A stretch of DNA of 64,000 nucleotides from Lama glama (GCA_028534125.1 CM052817.1:71240001-71304000), one strand, 5' to 3'; counted from the stretch's first letter, positions 38,055 to 51,197 are shown. Notes: generated from the letters alone by a model not told the origin. Program-made: numbers and translations.

Positions 38055-39369
38055 GTAAGACATTCAAATCCTTAAAAAATATTTGCGCTCAAGCTTTTCC
38101 ACGAACGTGGTTCCTCGACCCCTGTAGTCACCTTCCCAACCCTCGATTCTTACTCTCTGGCCCTTTTGTCTGGTATTTGCCATCATGTTTCATAATCATG
38201 TGCTTATCTGATGTTTTGGGGGTTTTTTTCCTGTTATTTCTTGATTTCCGGAGATAGACAAAGGGAATTTCTCTTATACCACCAACCTTTCTTCTCATCT
38301 TGTCAGTGAAATGTTAGTGTTTGATTAGATGAAGAGTCTTTACATTATTGTGATTATCTAGATTTTATTTATTACAGATCTCTGTAGGGCTCTATGATTT
38401 ATATTTCTTTTTATATATAACTTTTCTCCCCTTGGAGTTAATCATTCATTCCTTTTCTCTTTCTTTCTCTTCTTCCCTCCCTCTCTCTCCCCTCCTCTGA
38501 GCTTTGTTTGCTGGCTGTTCTGTGTACCTGTCACTAATTCACGTCTAAACTCTCCACCAGTCTCCTCTTAGTATTTTCAAATGCATCAGGGACTAGACTG
38601 ACTTTATCCTTTCCTTGGAGCTAGCCTCCTGAGACCCCCAGATCTCTTGCTCTCATTGGCTGTTCTTTAAGAGAACTACCCAGGAATCCTCACATCTCCT
38701 TTACCACCAGCTGGGACTGTCTCCTTGGTCAGATCGCCTGTTTTCTGGATTGCATGGCTTCCTTTTTCTTGGTTTACTCCCTCATATTTGGTAGAATACA
38801 TTCTGGAGTAGAGTCCTGAGAAAATTGTAGGAAAATAAAGTTTTTAAGATTTCACACCCCTGAAAATGTCTTAATTCTATCATATTTGACTGATTGTTTG
38901 CTTGGTGTGGAATTCTAAGTATAAAAATGATGTTCAAAGAATTTTGAAGGCATTATTCTATCATCTCCTGGCTTCTGGTGTCACTGTTGAAAAGGCTGAT
39001 AGCATGATGGTCATCTGCATTCCCTCTAGAAGCTTGTGATTTTTCTCTGTGTCTCTAGTTTTCTGAAATTTCATGCTGATGTGTTTTGGTGTTGCTCTTT
39101 ATTCACCCATGTGCTGGGTACTGGGTGAGTGCTTTCCACGTAGACACTCAGATCTTCCCTTCTGGGAGCTTCCTTGTATTATTTCTCTGGTGAGTTTCAC
39201 CTCCTATTTTGTCTTTTTCTGTTCTCTTTTCCTGGAACTCCTTTTATTTGGGTATTTAATCTCCTGGATTTATCTTCTAATTTTCTTAAATATTCTCTCC
39301 TACATTATCTCTGTTTCTGGTTTTGTTTGTTTTTGTTTCTGCTTTCTGAGAGATTTCCTCAACCATGTC

Positions 39370-39591
39370 CATGTCTGGGATTGAGAAGACTGGGGCTCAA
39401 GCCTGGGGTGCAAAATTTAAGCAGGCACCAAAAAACTAAAGAAAAATAGTAGTTAATGCAGTATTTTTTAAAAAAATCAAAATTTATGTAAAAGATCTAT
39501 ATTGAACAAAATGTAAAATATTACATAACGATAGGCTATGACTCTGCACTCGCACAATTGGCCTCATTTACCTCACCCTAAAGCCTGGCTG
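39370..39591. mobile_element. MER96-like hAT MITE
   Basis: ggtgcaaaatttaagcaggcaccaaaaaact...aaaatcaaaatt...cctcaccctaaagcctggctg. Confidence 0.6.
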
Positions 39592-39671
39592 ACCATACAT
39601 TTCAACCTTCCTGTTGCATTTTAAAAATTCTGCTTTCACTTTTATAGGTGAGATAAAAAGCATTATTTTAT

Positions 39672-40256
39672 TTAAAATTTTTTTTCTTTTTTAAATTGAA
39701 AGATAGTTGATTTACAGTTTCAGGTGTACAGCAAAGTTATTCAGTTATACATATGTATATAAATTATTCTTTTTCAGATACTTTTCCATCATAGGTTATT
39801 ACAAGATATTGAATATAGTTTCCTGTGCTATACAGTAGGACCTTGTTGGTTATCTATGTTATATATGTTAATCCCAAACTCCTAATTTATCCTTCCGCAC
39901 CCTTTCCCCTTTGGTAACCATAAGTTTATTTTCTATGTCTATGAGACTATTTCAGTTTTGTAAGTAAGTTAATTTGTATACTTTTTAAAATGATTCCACA
40001 TATAAGTGATATTATATGATATTTGTATTTCTCTGTCTGACTTAATTCGCTTAGTATGATAATCTCTAGGTCCATCCATGTTGCTGCAAATGGCATTATT
40101 TCATTCCCTTTTATGGCTGAGTAATATTCCATTGTGTATATATACCACATCTTCTTTATCCATTCATCCATTGATGGACATTTAGGTTGTTTGCATGTCT
40201 TGGCTATTATAAATTGTGCTACTGTGAACATTGGGGTGCATGTATCTTCAAATTAG
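39672..40256 (-). mobile_element. 5'-truncated L1 (ORF2 C-terminus and 3'UTR) with perfect 13-bp TSD
   Basis: ORF 39947-40231 (QPKCPSMDEWIKKMWYIYTMEYYSAIK) is the L1 ORF2 tail; TSD agcattattttat at 39659-39671 and 40257-40269. Confidence 0.92.
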
Positions 40257-41709
40257 AGCATTATTTTATATACTATACTTCTTTTTGATAGCCTCCTCTT
40301 GTTTAATGCATGTGTGTCATCTCTCATTTCTGTGATGATATTGTATATATATTTATTTTCCTTCTGTTCATCACAAATTTTTTGTTTCCCCTGAGTTCCT
40401 GAACCTTTTGGTCTCTACATGTCAGTTTGTATGTTTCCTCATTATCTGGTCATTAATGACTGTCCCTGCATATTTAAGATTGATGCACTAAAAAGCTGAT
40501 TGTAAGTTCTGGATGTGCTCTTTTGCTGGGATATGTCTTGTGAGTGGGGGGATTTCTGATGATCTGTATCTGGGTATTTTCTTCTGGGCTGGTCAGTTTA
40601 CAAGGAGAAGATTGACCTTCCTGGGTGGGAGGTACAAGTATATCCACCCACATTCTCATGGTTCAGTGCCAGGAAGGGGCAGCATGCAGCACCCCTCTTT
40701 TCAGAACAGCACTCCAGCTCTCAGCCCAGCCCAGCCCATGAGCTTCCTTGATTTGCCCTCTTACTGACCCTCTGGGGTTCTTCAGGGGAGAAGGGGCAGT
40801 TCCTTGGCTGAATAGGGAGGGGATTCAGAAGTCTAATTGCTGCTTTTTGCAGATTTCAATGAATTTTTATGTTTTAGATTCCATATGTAGCCCCGCATTC
40901 AGAGCTGTCGACTCCAATTCCTGAGACTTCTGTAGTTCTGAGGAATAGATTAGCTTGTCTCTGATTTTCCCTCATTCCTGGGAAATTTTTTTTAAATTTG
41001 TTTTTAAATCATTCATGTCTGATAAGGAATGTGCCACTTGTCCAATGCTTATTTGGTTTAATTCTTAGAAAGCTTTTGTCTAATCTGTGATTCTCAGATT
41101 TTATGGATTTGTGTCTTTTTATACCTTTTCTATCATTTTAGTCGGCAGTCAGAAGGCAACAATGTAAAATTACAATTTTTCATTTAAACAAAATGCAAAG
41201 GGAGCTCATTTACAAAACTATCTGCACTGTATGTATTATACATCATTTATTATATATTGAGCTCAAATGGCTTGTATTAGAATTCACTGAACTCAGTATA
41301 GGACTTTTTTTCCCCAGATTGAGTTTAGAAAGTTATTTTTTAGATTAGCAGATGACAGTGAGAAAAAAAGCACAATACCACTAGTCTGCAATTACTGAAA
41401 GTGGGCTAGGAGTAGGTTCATCTGCCTCTCATCAAAGCTAGCTTTTGCATTCTGCCCTAGCTCACCAAAAGAAAGAGGGCATTCTTTACATTTGTGTAAC
41501 ATTCTACCCATTTCACAAGTCCTTGTTATCATAGATGACTTTGGGCACGTAAGCAAAGTGCAATGAGGGGAAAAAGTCAGTATTTCCTTTATGTCTTCAA
41601 TGACATACACGTAAGTTCCAATCTAGATAATTTTTCACACAGCTTTAGATATAGTAGCTATTTTGATATTTTAGGTATTGGGCTTGGCGAATATTGATTT
41701 CTTTTACAG

Positions 41710-41888
41710 ATGTCTGTGATAATGATACTCATGTTTCTGCTGGCGTGGTCCCCTTATTCCATCGTGTGCTTATGGGCTTCCTTTGGTGACCCAAAGAAGA
41801 TTCCTCCCTCCATGGCCATCATAGCTCCACTGTTTGCAAAATCTTCTACCTTCTACAATCCCTGTATTTATGTGATTGCTAATAAAAA
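41710..41888 (+). CDS. RRH: Peropsin exon 6 (TM6-TM7, retinal-binding Lys284)
   Basis: ttacag|, 179 nt, AWSPY and LFAKSSTFYNPCIY, |gtaagt. Confidence 0.97.
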
Positions 41889-42964
41889 GTAAGTCAGGTC
41901 TAAAATGCTTCTCAATTTAAAAAATATATATATATTATATATACAGAAAGAATGTTAAAAAGGCAACAGATAATGTTCTTAAAGTTTTAGGGAGGTAAAT
42001 AACAGAAACTCACTTCAAACTAATGTAGAAGTTATTTGGTTCATGAAACTAAAGCAGCATTTAGGATCTTAAATGTCTAGGGCTCCAGTTCTGTGACAGG
42101 CTCTTCCCACGTGGAGGCAAGATGATCACGGGTAACTTACGACCCAAGTTCTGCCAGCTAAGCATCCCCAGATGCTTTCATCTCAGGGGGCTCTCTGGCA
42201 GAAAAGACCCTGGAAGGTTGTTGGTGAGCTCGGCTTGGTTCATATGTGTACCCCATTTGAAACACGTGGAGTCGGTTTTACAAAGAAGAGTGGTTCCATT
42301 ACTGGAAAATGGACAAGGCGAGGCAATGTGGGACTCCCTAAGTTGGTAGCATAGCTGTATATTTACTAGAAGGAAGACATATCATTCAAATCCAAGAGAG
42401 AAATGCAGTGCTAACATAAAGGGCTTCAGGAGTATGTAGTCATTCAGAATATTCGAGATTCTTCCCCTTCCACCTTTGTGGAGACTCTCAGCAAGAATTT
42501 CTTTCCTGCCTTCTCAGTGAAGCTTAGACTACTTCATTTCCTGTTGCTTTTTAAAGATGGAATGAACCAATCTACTGTGCTTAAATATTTGACCAGAAAA
42601 GTCTCAGTAGAGGTGAAGTAATTTGATCTGGGAATGCCATGCTGCTTCTATTAAACTTGTGTATTTATGCACATGTTTGGGAAAGCAGCTTTAGCTACAG
42701 GTACATGCAGAAACATAAAAACTTTTAATTGCAAACAGACCACATAAGAAGAATAAAGAACACATTTAAAATTCAGAGTCTATTGGTAATTCTTTTGGAA
42801 AGGTCAGTTATTCTCAAGCCTTAATTTAAACTAGGCTTTTGCTCAGAACAAATGCTTGAAATACATATCCTTAGTTCAAATAAATAACTCCTTGCAATTG
42901 ACATTAGAAGCACCATCCTAAACAGACATAATTATTGATGTTTATTGAATGTCTTCAACGTTTA

Positions 42965-43122
42965 GGGGGAGGGTATAGGTCAGTGGTAGAGCACATGCTT
43001 AGCATGCACGAGGTCCTAGGTTCAATCCCCAGTCCCTCCATTAAGATAAATAGGTAACTAAACCTAATTACCTCCTCCCACCAAAAGATTTCAAAAAATA
43101 AATAAAATAAAATATTTTTTAA
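42965..43122 (+). mobile_element. tRNA-derived SINE (vic-1-like, camelid) with 17-bp TSD
   Basis: A box (taggtcagtggtag), B box (ggttcaatcc), A-rich tail; TSD aatgtcttcaa(c/t)gttta at 42948-42964 and 43123-43139. Confidence 0.85.
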
Positions 43123-43344
43123 AATGTCTTCAATGTTTATAATCAGTGGTGCAAAATTGGTCTTTAACTGTACCATATACTTCACACGTTTATAAAAGGT
43201 CTCAACAGGAGATGTTCAAGTTGGAGGCAGAAATTTATTTGGAGATGCCAATTGGCAGTAGTGGCACCTTAGCCATATTTGAAACTACTTCAAAAGTTCC
43301 AAGTCAATATGGGATAATGCCAGATATTCCCTTTTTTATTGTAG

Positions 43345-43459
43345 GTTTCGGAGGGCAATGCTTGCCATGTTCAAATGTCAGACTCACCAAGCAATGCCCA
43401 TGACAAGTATTTTACCAATGGATGTACCTCAAAACCCGTTGACTTCTGGAAGACTCTGA
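43345..43459 (+). CDS. RRH: Peropsin exon 7 (FRRAMLAMFKCQTHQ...SGRL-stop)
   Basis: ttgtag|, 115 nt to TGA; the seven exons total 1014 nt = 337 aa plus stop with consistent phases. Confidence 0.96.
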
Positions 43460-43884
43460 AATAAGAGGAAAGCACACATTATCAAAACATTTTCTTTCCT
43501 TTTTTTTTTTTTGCAATGGTTTAATTTCATTTTAAATATAAGCCCATTTTTATCAAATGCAGACATAGAGTATTGTCCTAATAGACTAAAACTTCCTCAA
43601 ATGTAGTTTATAGTTATTCTGTTTGTGCATTGGCAATTATCAACATACTATTTAACAAAAATAATTGAATGAATATTAAGCACTATTACTTTTGAATCAC
43701 ATGTCAGTCAATGCACATACATATTTTATATAGCAGTATAATCTGCATACTATTATGTACTCTGCATTTTAGTTACCATTTTTATGTATATGTATTTCCA
43801 TATATTTGGCACTAGAATTAAGTTTAATCAGAGTGGGAGTTTTTATATGTTTGTTCTTTTTTTCCCTTTTGTATTTTATTAATG

Positions 43885-44640
43885 AAAAATTAATCAATAG
43901 TCTATGTAAGAAATAGATGGAAAATTTTGTTCAAGCCAACCTGAAGATTACAACCCAGGAGACAGTCTTTCAGAAAGCTCTGGGGACTGTTCCGGAGAGG
44001 AAAGCAGGGAGGCTACTACTGATGTGCAATCCAGCACACATCTTGGTTGAAGGCTACATGAGGAACAGATATCTTAGTTAATGCTTTTAGTGCTTTTCTA
44101 AGTATGGAAACATGCAAGAAACTGGGTTCATAAAATTTTCTCCTGAAAATACTTGTCTGAGGGCCAGTTCTGCCTGTTTTCCCAGAACACAAAGTGTCTC
44201 ATTCTGATCTTCACCCTGGATTCTTTTCAGGGTGTGTTGTAGGTCAGTGACAGCAGTGGGTAATGACTTGCTTCTTGTTAGAATACGATAATGGGCAACT
44301 TTCTTTATTTTATAATCCCCTCTCTTTTGATTATAATTTTGACCAAAGTTTGAGAGGCATTTCGTGACCAATTTGTCCCAGGGTGCTAAGAATGCTTACT
44401 CCCAGGTCGGGCGACAATTTGGTTGATAGGCTCCTTTGTGAGCTATTACTGGACTAGGCTCTGTTAATGGTAACCAAAAGCCTCCGGTCCGCTTGTCTTA
44501 CTGGTCTGCTATGTTTCAGGGACTGGTTCCTGCTTGTTGCTTCTTCCCATGTCTAAAGTTACACTATTGCAATCTTGCTCTTATAGAACTATGTATTTGG
44601 TCAATTGTTTCAAGTTTTCTAGTTATCATTATTTTTAATC
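43885..44640 (-). mobile_element. ERV1-type 3' LTR (to about 44313) with polypurine tract and adjacent internal fragment
   Basis: LTR-like body; aatcccctctcttttga at about 44314-44330 reads as a polypurine tract (AAAAGAGAGGGG) on the minus strand. Boundaries approximate. Confidence 0.65.
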
Positions 44641-45589
44641 AGAGGCTCAGTCACACATGTGGTACCTTTGTATCCCTAGGACTTAGTTCAGTGCTTTGCA
44701 CAAAGTATTTGCTCAGTAAGTATTTGATGAACAAATGAATTATGCAGAACCTGAAAATCCACAGGATTTTATTTTGAGAAAATTGTTTTGATTCTGTTGT
44801 TTCTATATGCATCCTATTCGTTTTAAGTAGTATTTCCCATAATATTTTTCTCTTTATAGAATTAATTTTCTTTAGAAAAAAGTTTTTGGTTTAAAGATGA
44901 TGAATAGAACTACCCCCAAAGAAGATTAAATGCCTTATATATTTATAAACTTAATCCTTGACTGTTCCTGTGGATGCTCTATGCTATGTGTATGGAGGTA
45001 GTTTTTAAAATATTTAATTTAATTTTTATTTTCTGATAGAGCCTGACATGAGAGTTGAGCTTTGGGTTTGATTGCCTGTAACTTGGGCAGCTAGCTTGAA
45101 ATAAAATACATTCTTGAACAGAGATAATGGCCTTCATTAAAAAATAGATGTATTGGGATGAACCTGCACTGCACAGAGATGACCTGGGAGAAATGCAGGA
45201 TGCACTCTCACTAGAGTCTTAGTGCTGCCAATTCAGTGGTGGATTGAGGCATCTTGCCTAAAAACATCTAGGTATTAGACTTTGCTTAGTTTGCTGTTGG
45301 GGCTAGCCAGTATGTGGCAATATAAATTACTCTAAATCAATTTTGTCATGTGTTTCTATCTTTAAAGCTAAATTTCATAAAACTGAATATTATGAATGAC
45401 AGTAAAAAGCAAAAAGTAAAATTTATCATGTTATAACATGCAAATAATCTACAGCATTTTCTAACGTCTGCTAAGACATTGAATTATTTTGAACATTATG
45501 TGTATCTTCAAGGTATCGTAGCAATTACATCCATAGGAAAGAGATATAATAGGCATTTCTTTGAAAATCTAGGTATGGGCAACTATGGT

Positions 45590-45842
45590 AATTTTCCTGA
45601 CACGTGTTTGATGTTCATTTCCCTTAAAATATGTTACTTCTGAACTCACCGCGAAACCAGATTCAAAGGCTAGGTCGATTGATCCGCTGCAAGATACACT
45701 TGAAGGTTAAGTAACTACAGATCTCAGCTAATCCTGTGTAATCTGCTGTTGCTAAATGGCCGTTTGTGTTCCTGGCACACCAGTTTCTGAATGCTTAGGA
45801 TTTGGTTTTTACCTTTTGTCCAAATAACCTCTAAAAGGAGCC
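45590..45842 (+). promoter_or_regulatory. LRIT3: LRIT3 proximal promoter with CRX/OTX2-type sites
   Basis: CTAATCC (45728-45734) and TAATCT (45739-45744) in tandem; CACGTG E-box at 45601. Confidence 0.6.
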
Positions 45843-45958
45843 ATGCGTCTCTTTGCAAGTCTGTGCATTGCGCTTAGCTTTTTGGAAAGAGTGAGCTGTT
45901 CGTGTCCCTCACAGTGCACCTGTGACAATCACGGCAGAAATGACGGCATGGGATCAAG
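45843..45958 (+). CDS. LRIT3: LRIT3 exon 1 (signal peptide and LRRNT start)
   Basis: Kozak gccATG; MRLFASLCIALSFLERVSCSCPSQCTCDNHGRNDGMGS; 116 nt; |gtacgc. Confidence 0.94.
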
Positions 45959-47929
45959 GTACGCTTCCCTCCTTGCTACTAAGTGTTCTAATGATTCCGA
46001 GGAAAAGGACTCAAACCAGATGGCCTTAATTTGAAAGCAAACTGTCGATCAGAAATCAGAGGAGAGAAGGTTTAATGTAGATAAGCTTTAATTTAATTGT
46101 GTTAATCCTGGTTGCCTACTCCGCCACTGTTTTCATTTAGAGCAGTTTAGTTCCCTCAAAGCCCCTCAAATTCTTTGAGACTCTCAGACGCTTTCTGTGT
46201 TACAAGAATATTCATGGCACTCATATTCACAAAACGAACCTTGCAGGAGGTCAAACCACTGAAATGCGTGTGGCCAGCTCAGCCTGATTATAGAAAGCAC
46301 ATGAGGGCAGGGCCGATCAGTAGGTGTGTGACATGCCCAGATCATTTGCTTCCAGGGTTTTCCATTTCATTTTGAGGATTATTCATGCCAACTGGATAGA
46401 GCTTAGGAAGTAGGAAGGAGAACACATAACAGAAATTAGAGAGGTTTCTAATCAGAATTTCTCATTTGAAGATATTGGAGTTTACAAAGAAGAGAAGTTT
46501 GAAAGAAACGTGTCAACTCTGTGTTGCAGACACTGAGGGACCTTACAGAAATTACTTAACCTCTGCGTTACTTTAATATCTACTTTTTTTTTTGAAAAAA
46601 AAAAGTGAAGTGAGAATAAATACTTATTCATAATGTGCATGAGTCCTTTTAAATAGAAGTTAAATGCAAAGCAAAAAAACTCTTGTTAGCTAAACATAGT
46701 AGACCTTGATTTTTTTTTGAGAAGATATTTAATAACAAAATCAGATATTTTTGTCACTCGGTTAAAGTGAACAGTAAGCCTCTTAATTTGTTAAAAAAAT
46801 TGCTCAATTTATGTCTTACAAATTTATACAAATAAATAATAATTAACACATGTTTTTGAGTAGTTTGTTTTGATACGGTATAAAATTTACCTTACTAACT
46901 CTTGGTATCTCCAAGATATTCACTAGGTGGCTAAACACAGTGAGAAGAATATAACAAATTAAAGACCTACTTAGTAGAAGATAGGCAACAGTTAATGACG
47001 CAGGCCAGGCTACTTTTGGGAAAACAATCACAGAAATGTTTCCTTCTCCATGGTGGCTCCACTACTGGTGGATTTTATAAAGTTCATAGCATATTATGCC
47101 TGAGAAGAACTCCAGAAATAATCTAGTTCGACCACTGTCATTTTCTAAGTGAATAAACTAAACCACATAGAGACTAAATGACTTGTCTGAGGTCACAGTG
47201 TTGAGTTGCTGCAGTGACTGGCTGATAAAGATGCTGGGTCTTTTAGCTTCCAGTCCAGGCTTCCTCCCATCCCAGTGTACTGGAATGCTGACTGAGTGAG
47301 GAGAAACTGGATCATTCTGGTATAAAGCAGCACTGAAGTGTGTGATTCAGAATAGAGGTGAAGAGTAACAGGTGTATCTGGAGAATCCCAGGATTCTGTA
47401 GGCTCTTCTCCTAAAGTTAAAGAGAGGAGACAACATGACCAGCATATCAGTACCTCATGGCTTCTGCTGGTTCCCTCTTTGCATTATAGGCTGGCTTTCA
47501 GAACTCACTGATTTAATGTGATGTGTTTTACTGAATGGCCATTTTATTGTTATGTACTATAACTAACTATGTGATGCATTATAATTTAGATGGTTTGCAA
47601 CACTTCTTATTGTTCGATTTCAGCAATCCAGTGAGGATTAATATATAATGAGAGATAAATCTTTTCTTTCTCAGGTTAAAATGAATCTAAATTCTCTGAT
47701 TCTTCATACCTTACACCCACACATGGGGCAGGCTTGTTTTTTCTATGCCTGTTTTACATGTGCCAATAAACAAGAGCACAATGTGACTTGCTCAAGGTTA
47801 CTTAAGTTAGTGAGTGGTAAACAAATAAATAAACTTGTAGTTTCCGGTTTATTCTGTAGGCTGAAAGCAACACACAGGTCACATTGTTAAAACAGAGCTT
47901 CACTTTAAACATCTAGTATGAACATTTGC

Positions 47930-48020
47930 CCTTTCTTTCTTTCTTTCTTTCTTTTTCTTTCTTTCTGCCTTTCTGCCTTTCTTTCTTTCTTCCTTTCTCT
48001 TGCTGTCTCTCTTTCCTTCT
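47930..48020. repeat. (CTTT)n-type simple repeat
   Basis: Seen directly. Confidence 0.9.
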
Positions 48021-48759
48021 TGTATGATCTTTAAAAGCATCAGTTTATAACTTCAAGAGGAATTCCTTTAAAATGGTCTGTTTCCTAAAAAGTTTAAGAG
48101 TGTGCACTTTGGAGTTGGACAGATATGGGTTTGAAAGGTGGTTGTGTAACCACTAGCTCTGTGACCTTGGGAAGTTACCTAATATTGGTGGGCCTCAGTT
48201 ATTTTATTTGTAAAAGTGAGATTGATGATAATAGTAGCAAACACCCATTGAGTGCTTATTATGTGCCAGGAAGATGTAAAAATTTCCATCCGTTTCAATA
48301 ATAGTACCATATGGGAAAAAGAGGTAAGTGATTGGTGAAGTGGCTTTCCATGGCCACAAAGGAGGCAGCTGATTTGAACCAAGGTCAGCCTGACTCTAGA
48401 GATGGTGCCTTTACCTACTACCCAATATCTAGCTCATTGGGCTATTGTGATGATTAAATTTGGGAATGGATGTGATCCTCGATGCACAGGCCCGACACAT
48501 GAAGAGCTCCATCAATCAGGCTGAATCCCATGAAGTTGCTGATACTTGATCGTTTTTTAACCACCTCAAATGACCATTTCATATGGTTCAACCTATAAGA
48601 TGATGATGATGACGAATCATTAATGAACAGGTTAGCCAGGCTGAAGAGATTTTTTTCAAAAAACGAGTAGGAGATGAAAAATTGATGCATGTTTCAAATA
48701 AGTATTATTTCTTCAGATGAGTTTCAGAAAGCAGGTTTCCTTCCGCTCTGTGACACTAG

Positions 48760-49232
48760 GTCGGTGCTATGTAATGACATGGATATGAATGAGGTACCTA
48801 CGAACATCCCCGTGGACACTGTGAAGCTTCGCATAGAGAAGACCATTGTCCGTAGAATCCCCGCCGAGGCCTTCTACTACCTGGTGGAGCTCCAGTACCT
48901 CTGGTTGACTTATAATTCTGTGGCCAGCCTTGACACCAGCAGCTTTTACAACCTGAAGCAGCTGCATGAGTTGCGCTTGGATGGAAACTCTCTGGCTGCT
49001 TTTCCTTGGACATCTCTGAGGGACATGCCCAGTCTAAGGACCCTGGATTTGCACAATAACAGAATAACCAGTGTGCCAAATGAGGCGGTCAGGTACCTGA
49101 AGAACCTTGCCTACTTGGATTTATCAAGCAACAGATTAACCACACTTCCACCAGATTTCCTGGAAAGCTGGTCCCACTTAGTTACAATATCGTCCAGAAG
49201 CCTGGACCTTTCACCAAGAAGAATTATTCTCG
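48760..49232 (+). CDS. LRIT3: LRIT3 exon 2 (leucine-rich repeats)
   Basis: cactag|, 473 nt, LxxLxLxxN repeats (LQYLWLTYN, LHELRLDGN, LRTLDLHNN, LAYLDLSSN), |gtaagt. Confidence 0.96.
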
Positions 49233-49416
49233 GTAAGTTCACATCCTCTGGGCTTCTCAGGTCCAGATAATTTGCTCTGTGTACCTTCAGTTATTCAATA
49301 TTTTCATGTCCATTGAATTTGGAGTTTTACTCTGTACTTGCATTTTCAATGGAATAGTACTCTACCATTTGACCTAGGTCAGTTTACCAGTCTGCCCCGT
49401 GTAAGGTGTAATGGCT

Positions 49417-49503
49417 CTGTGTGTGTGTGTGTGTTTGTGTGCGCGTGTGTGTGCATGAGCATGCACATGTGTGGAGTGAGGGCAGCAGTGTATGTGTGTG
49501 TGT
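49417..49503. repeat. Imperfect (TG)n microsatellite
   Basis: Seen directly. Confidence 0.9.
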
Positions 49504-51197
49504 TGGGGCAGGGAAGGGAGTTGGCCTCATAAACTGAGTGACTAACGTTGTTCTTAGAGACCCTGAAGAAGAGTGACAAAATCTACCAACCGGTACTGAT
49601 TCTTGTGAGCACATACGTGCTTCCTACTCTGCCATGGCCAACCTTCTGCCCTGGTTTCTTTTCAGCTCTTGATGAGGCTCATCAGGTGTGGGAGTAAGGC
49701 ATCAGCATCTTTATGAGGTAGCAGTGGTTTAATTAGTAAGAATAGCTTCCAAATTTTCTTAATCTAAGAAGAAATAGTGGAGACACCAGTTATTTTACTG
49801 GCCCCAAATGAGTGTCCTAATGGACTTGGTCTCTCAGTGCAGCTTTGTATATTTAGATCCTGGCTTTGTTTAGGGTCTATGAATATTTTCTTGGGTCCTT
49901 AACATGTCAGCTCCTTCCAGCGAGACCCTTTCTTTTCTTGTATCTTCTCACAGTGCTTTCAGGGTACTCTGCACATGATGAATGCCCAGTAAATGTGGTT
50001 GCCTGATTGAAATCAGTGACCTGAGACCCTTCTCAGTGGTATCTGTGGGCAGTGAGGCCTCTTCCACTTTTGTATGAGACACAAGCCTGAGGCTTTGACC
50101 AAACAGTTTGATTTGCTAAAATTTTGTTCGCTGAATAAGGCTGTGTTCTCATTTCACAAATTATGTCCATTATGACTACAGAAGAAGTTGTAGTTCTCAA
50201 AAGGATGAAAGAAATTCTGAGTGTCTGGCCAGTGAAATGACTTATAAGACTTTTGGAATGAGAAGCAACTAGATGTTAAGAAATTGTGCCAGAAATTCCT
50301 CCTGACCAATATTGCCTGCCAAGCATCTGCTGAAGTAAAGTGTAAATAAAATAAAAGATAAATTTGAGTTTTTTCTGATAAAGAAGAAAGTATTGTATAT
50401 TTTATAATAGCCATAAGTGGAGTATACCTTTAAAACTTATGAATCACTGTATTGTATACCTGTAACATATAATATGACACATCAGCTATACTTCAACAAA
50501 AAACTTTTAAACTGGGAAAAAATTACTGAGACAACACTAAATGGCTTTAGTATTACTTTTATTGAAATGTATATGCATTATGATGCTTATGAGACTTAAA
50601 ATATGAGTATTAGCCAGATAGAGAAAAAGTGACATAAATTTCTCTCATATAGTTATTTCATGTTTTGCCCACTACTTATCTAGTCCTTCAAATGTTTTTA
50701 ATTAAAAAATAAAAGAAGTATTGTGGGATGGGTTATGGAAAAAATTAGTTGAATTTAACAGTAGTTGTAGGGTCCTTCAAGTAAACACTCTGATAGGAAC
50801 CATGCAAACCCATACTGTAGTATTTATTTACTTCATTCTAGTCACTAATTTGATCCTTATGAGCAAAGCTAACGGGTGGAAATTGTCTTAACTAACATTG
50901 AGATTTTATTTCTCTGCGTATTTTTTTAAAGTTTCTTTGGAAGCAATTCTTGGTTCTAATAAAATTACCCAATGGTGATATATAGTAGAAAATAAAATCA
51001 TATTACTAAATTGGTATTAATAGCTCTCTAATGATTAGTTCCTAATGTTACTATGAGGAAATAATTTCTAGAATAGTGATATTTTTCAGTTGTGAGTTAA
51101 ATCTGAATGAGAGCTTAAGGATTAAATGGATAAGTGTTATGAAATTTCATTGTTCATGGAGATAAATAGCTTTATGTTTTACGGTTTAGATTCTTTT

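Larger units (their letters stand above)
38260..41150 (-). mobile_element. Ancient L1 5'/ORF1 region carrying younger inserts
   Basis: T-rich antisense L1M motifs (ctgaaaatgtcttaatt, aattttgaaggcatt, tctgaaatttcatgctgatgtg). Confidence 0.55.

Noticed and set aside
42965..43040. tRNA gene-like sequence (also 60590-60661 and 62231-62305)
   Set aside because: A-rich tails, TSDs and dispersed diverged copies indicate SINEs, not tRNA genes.
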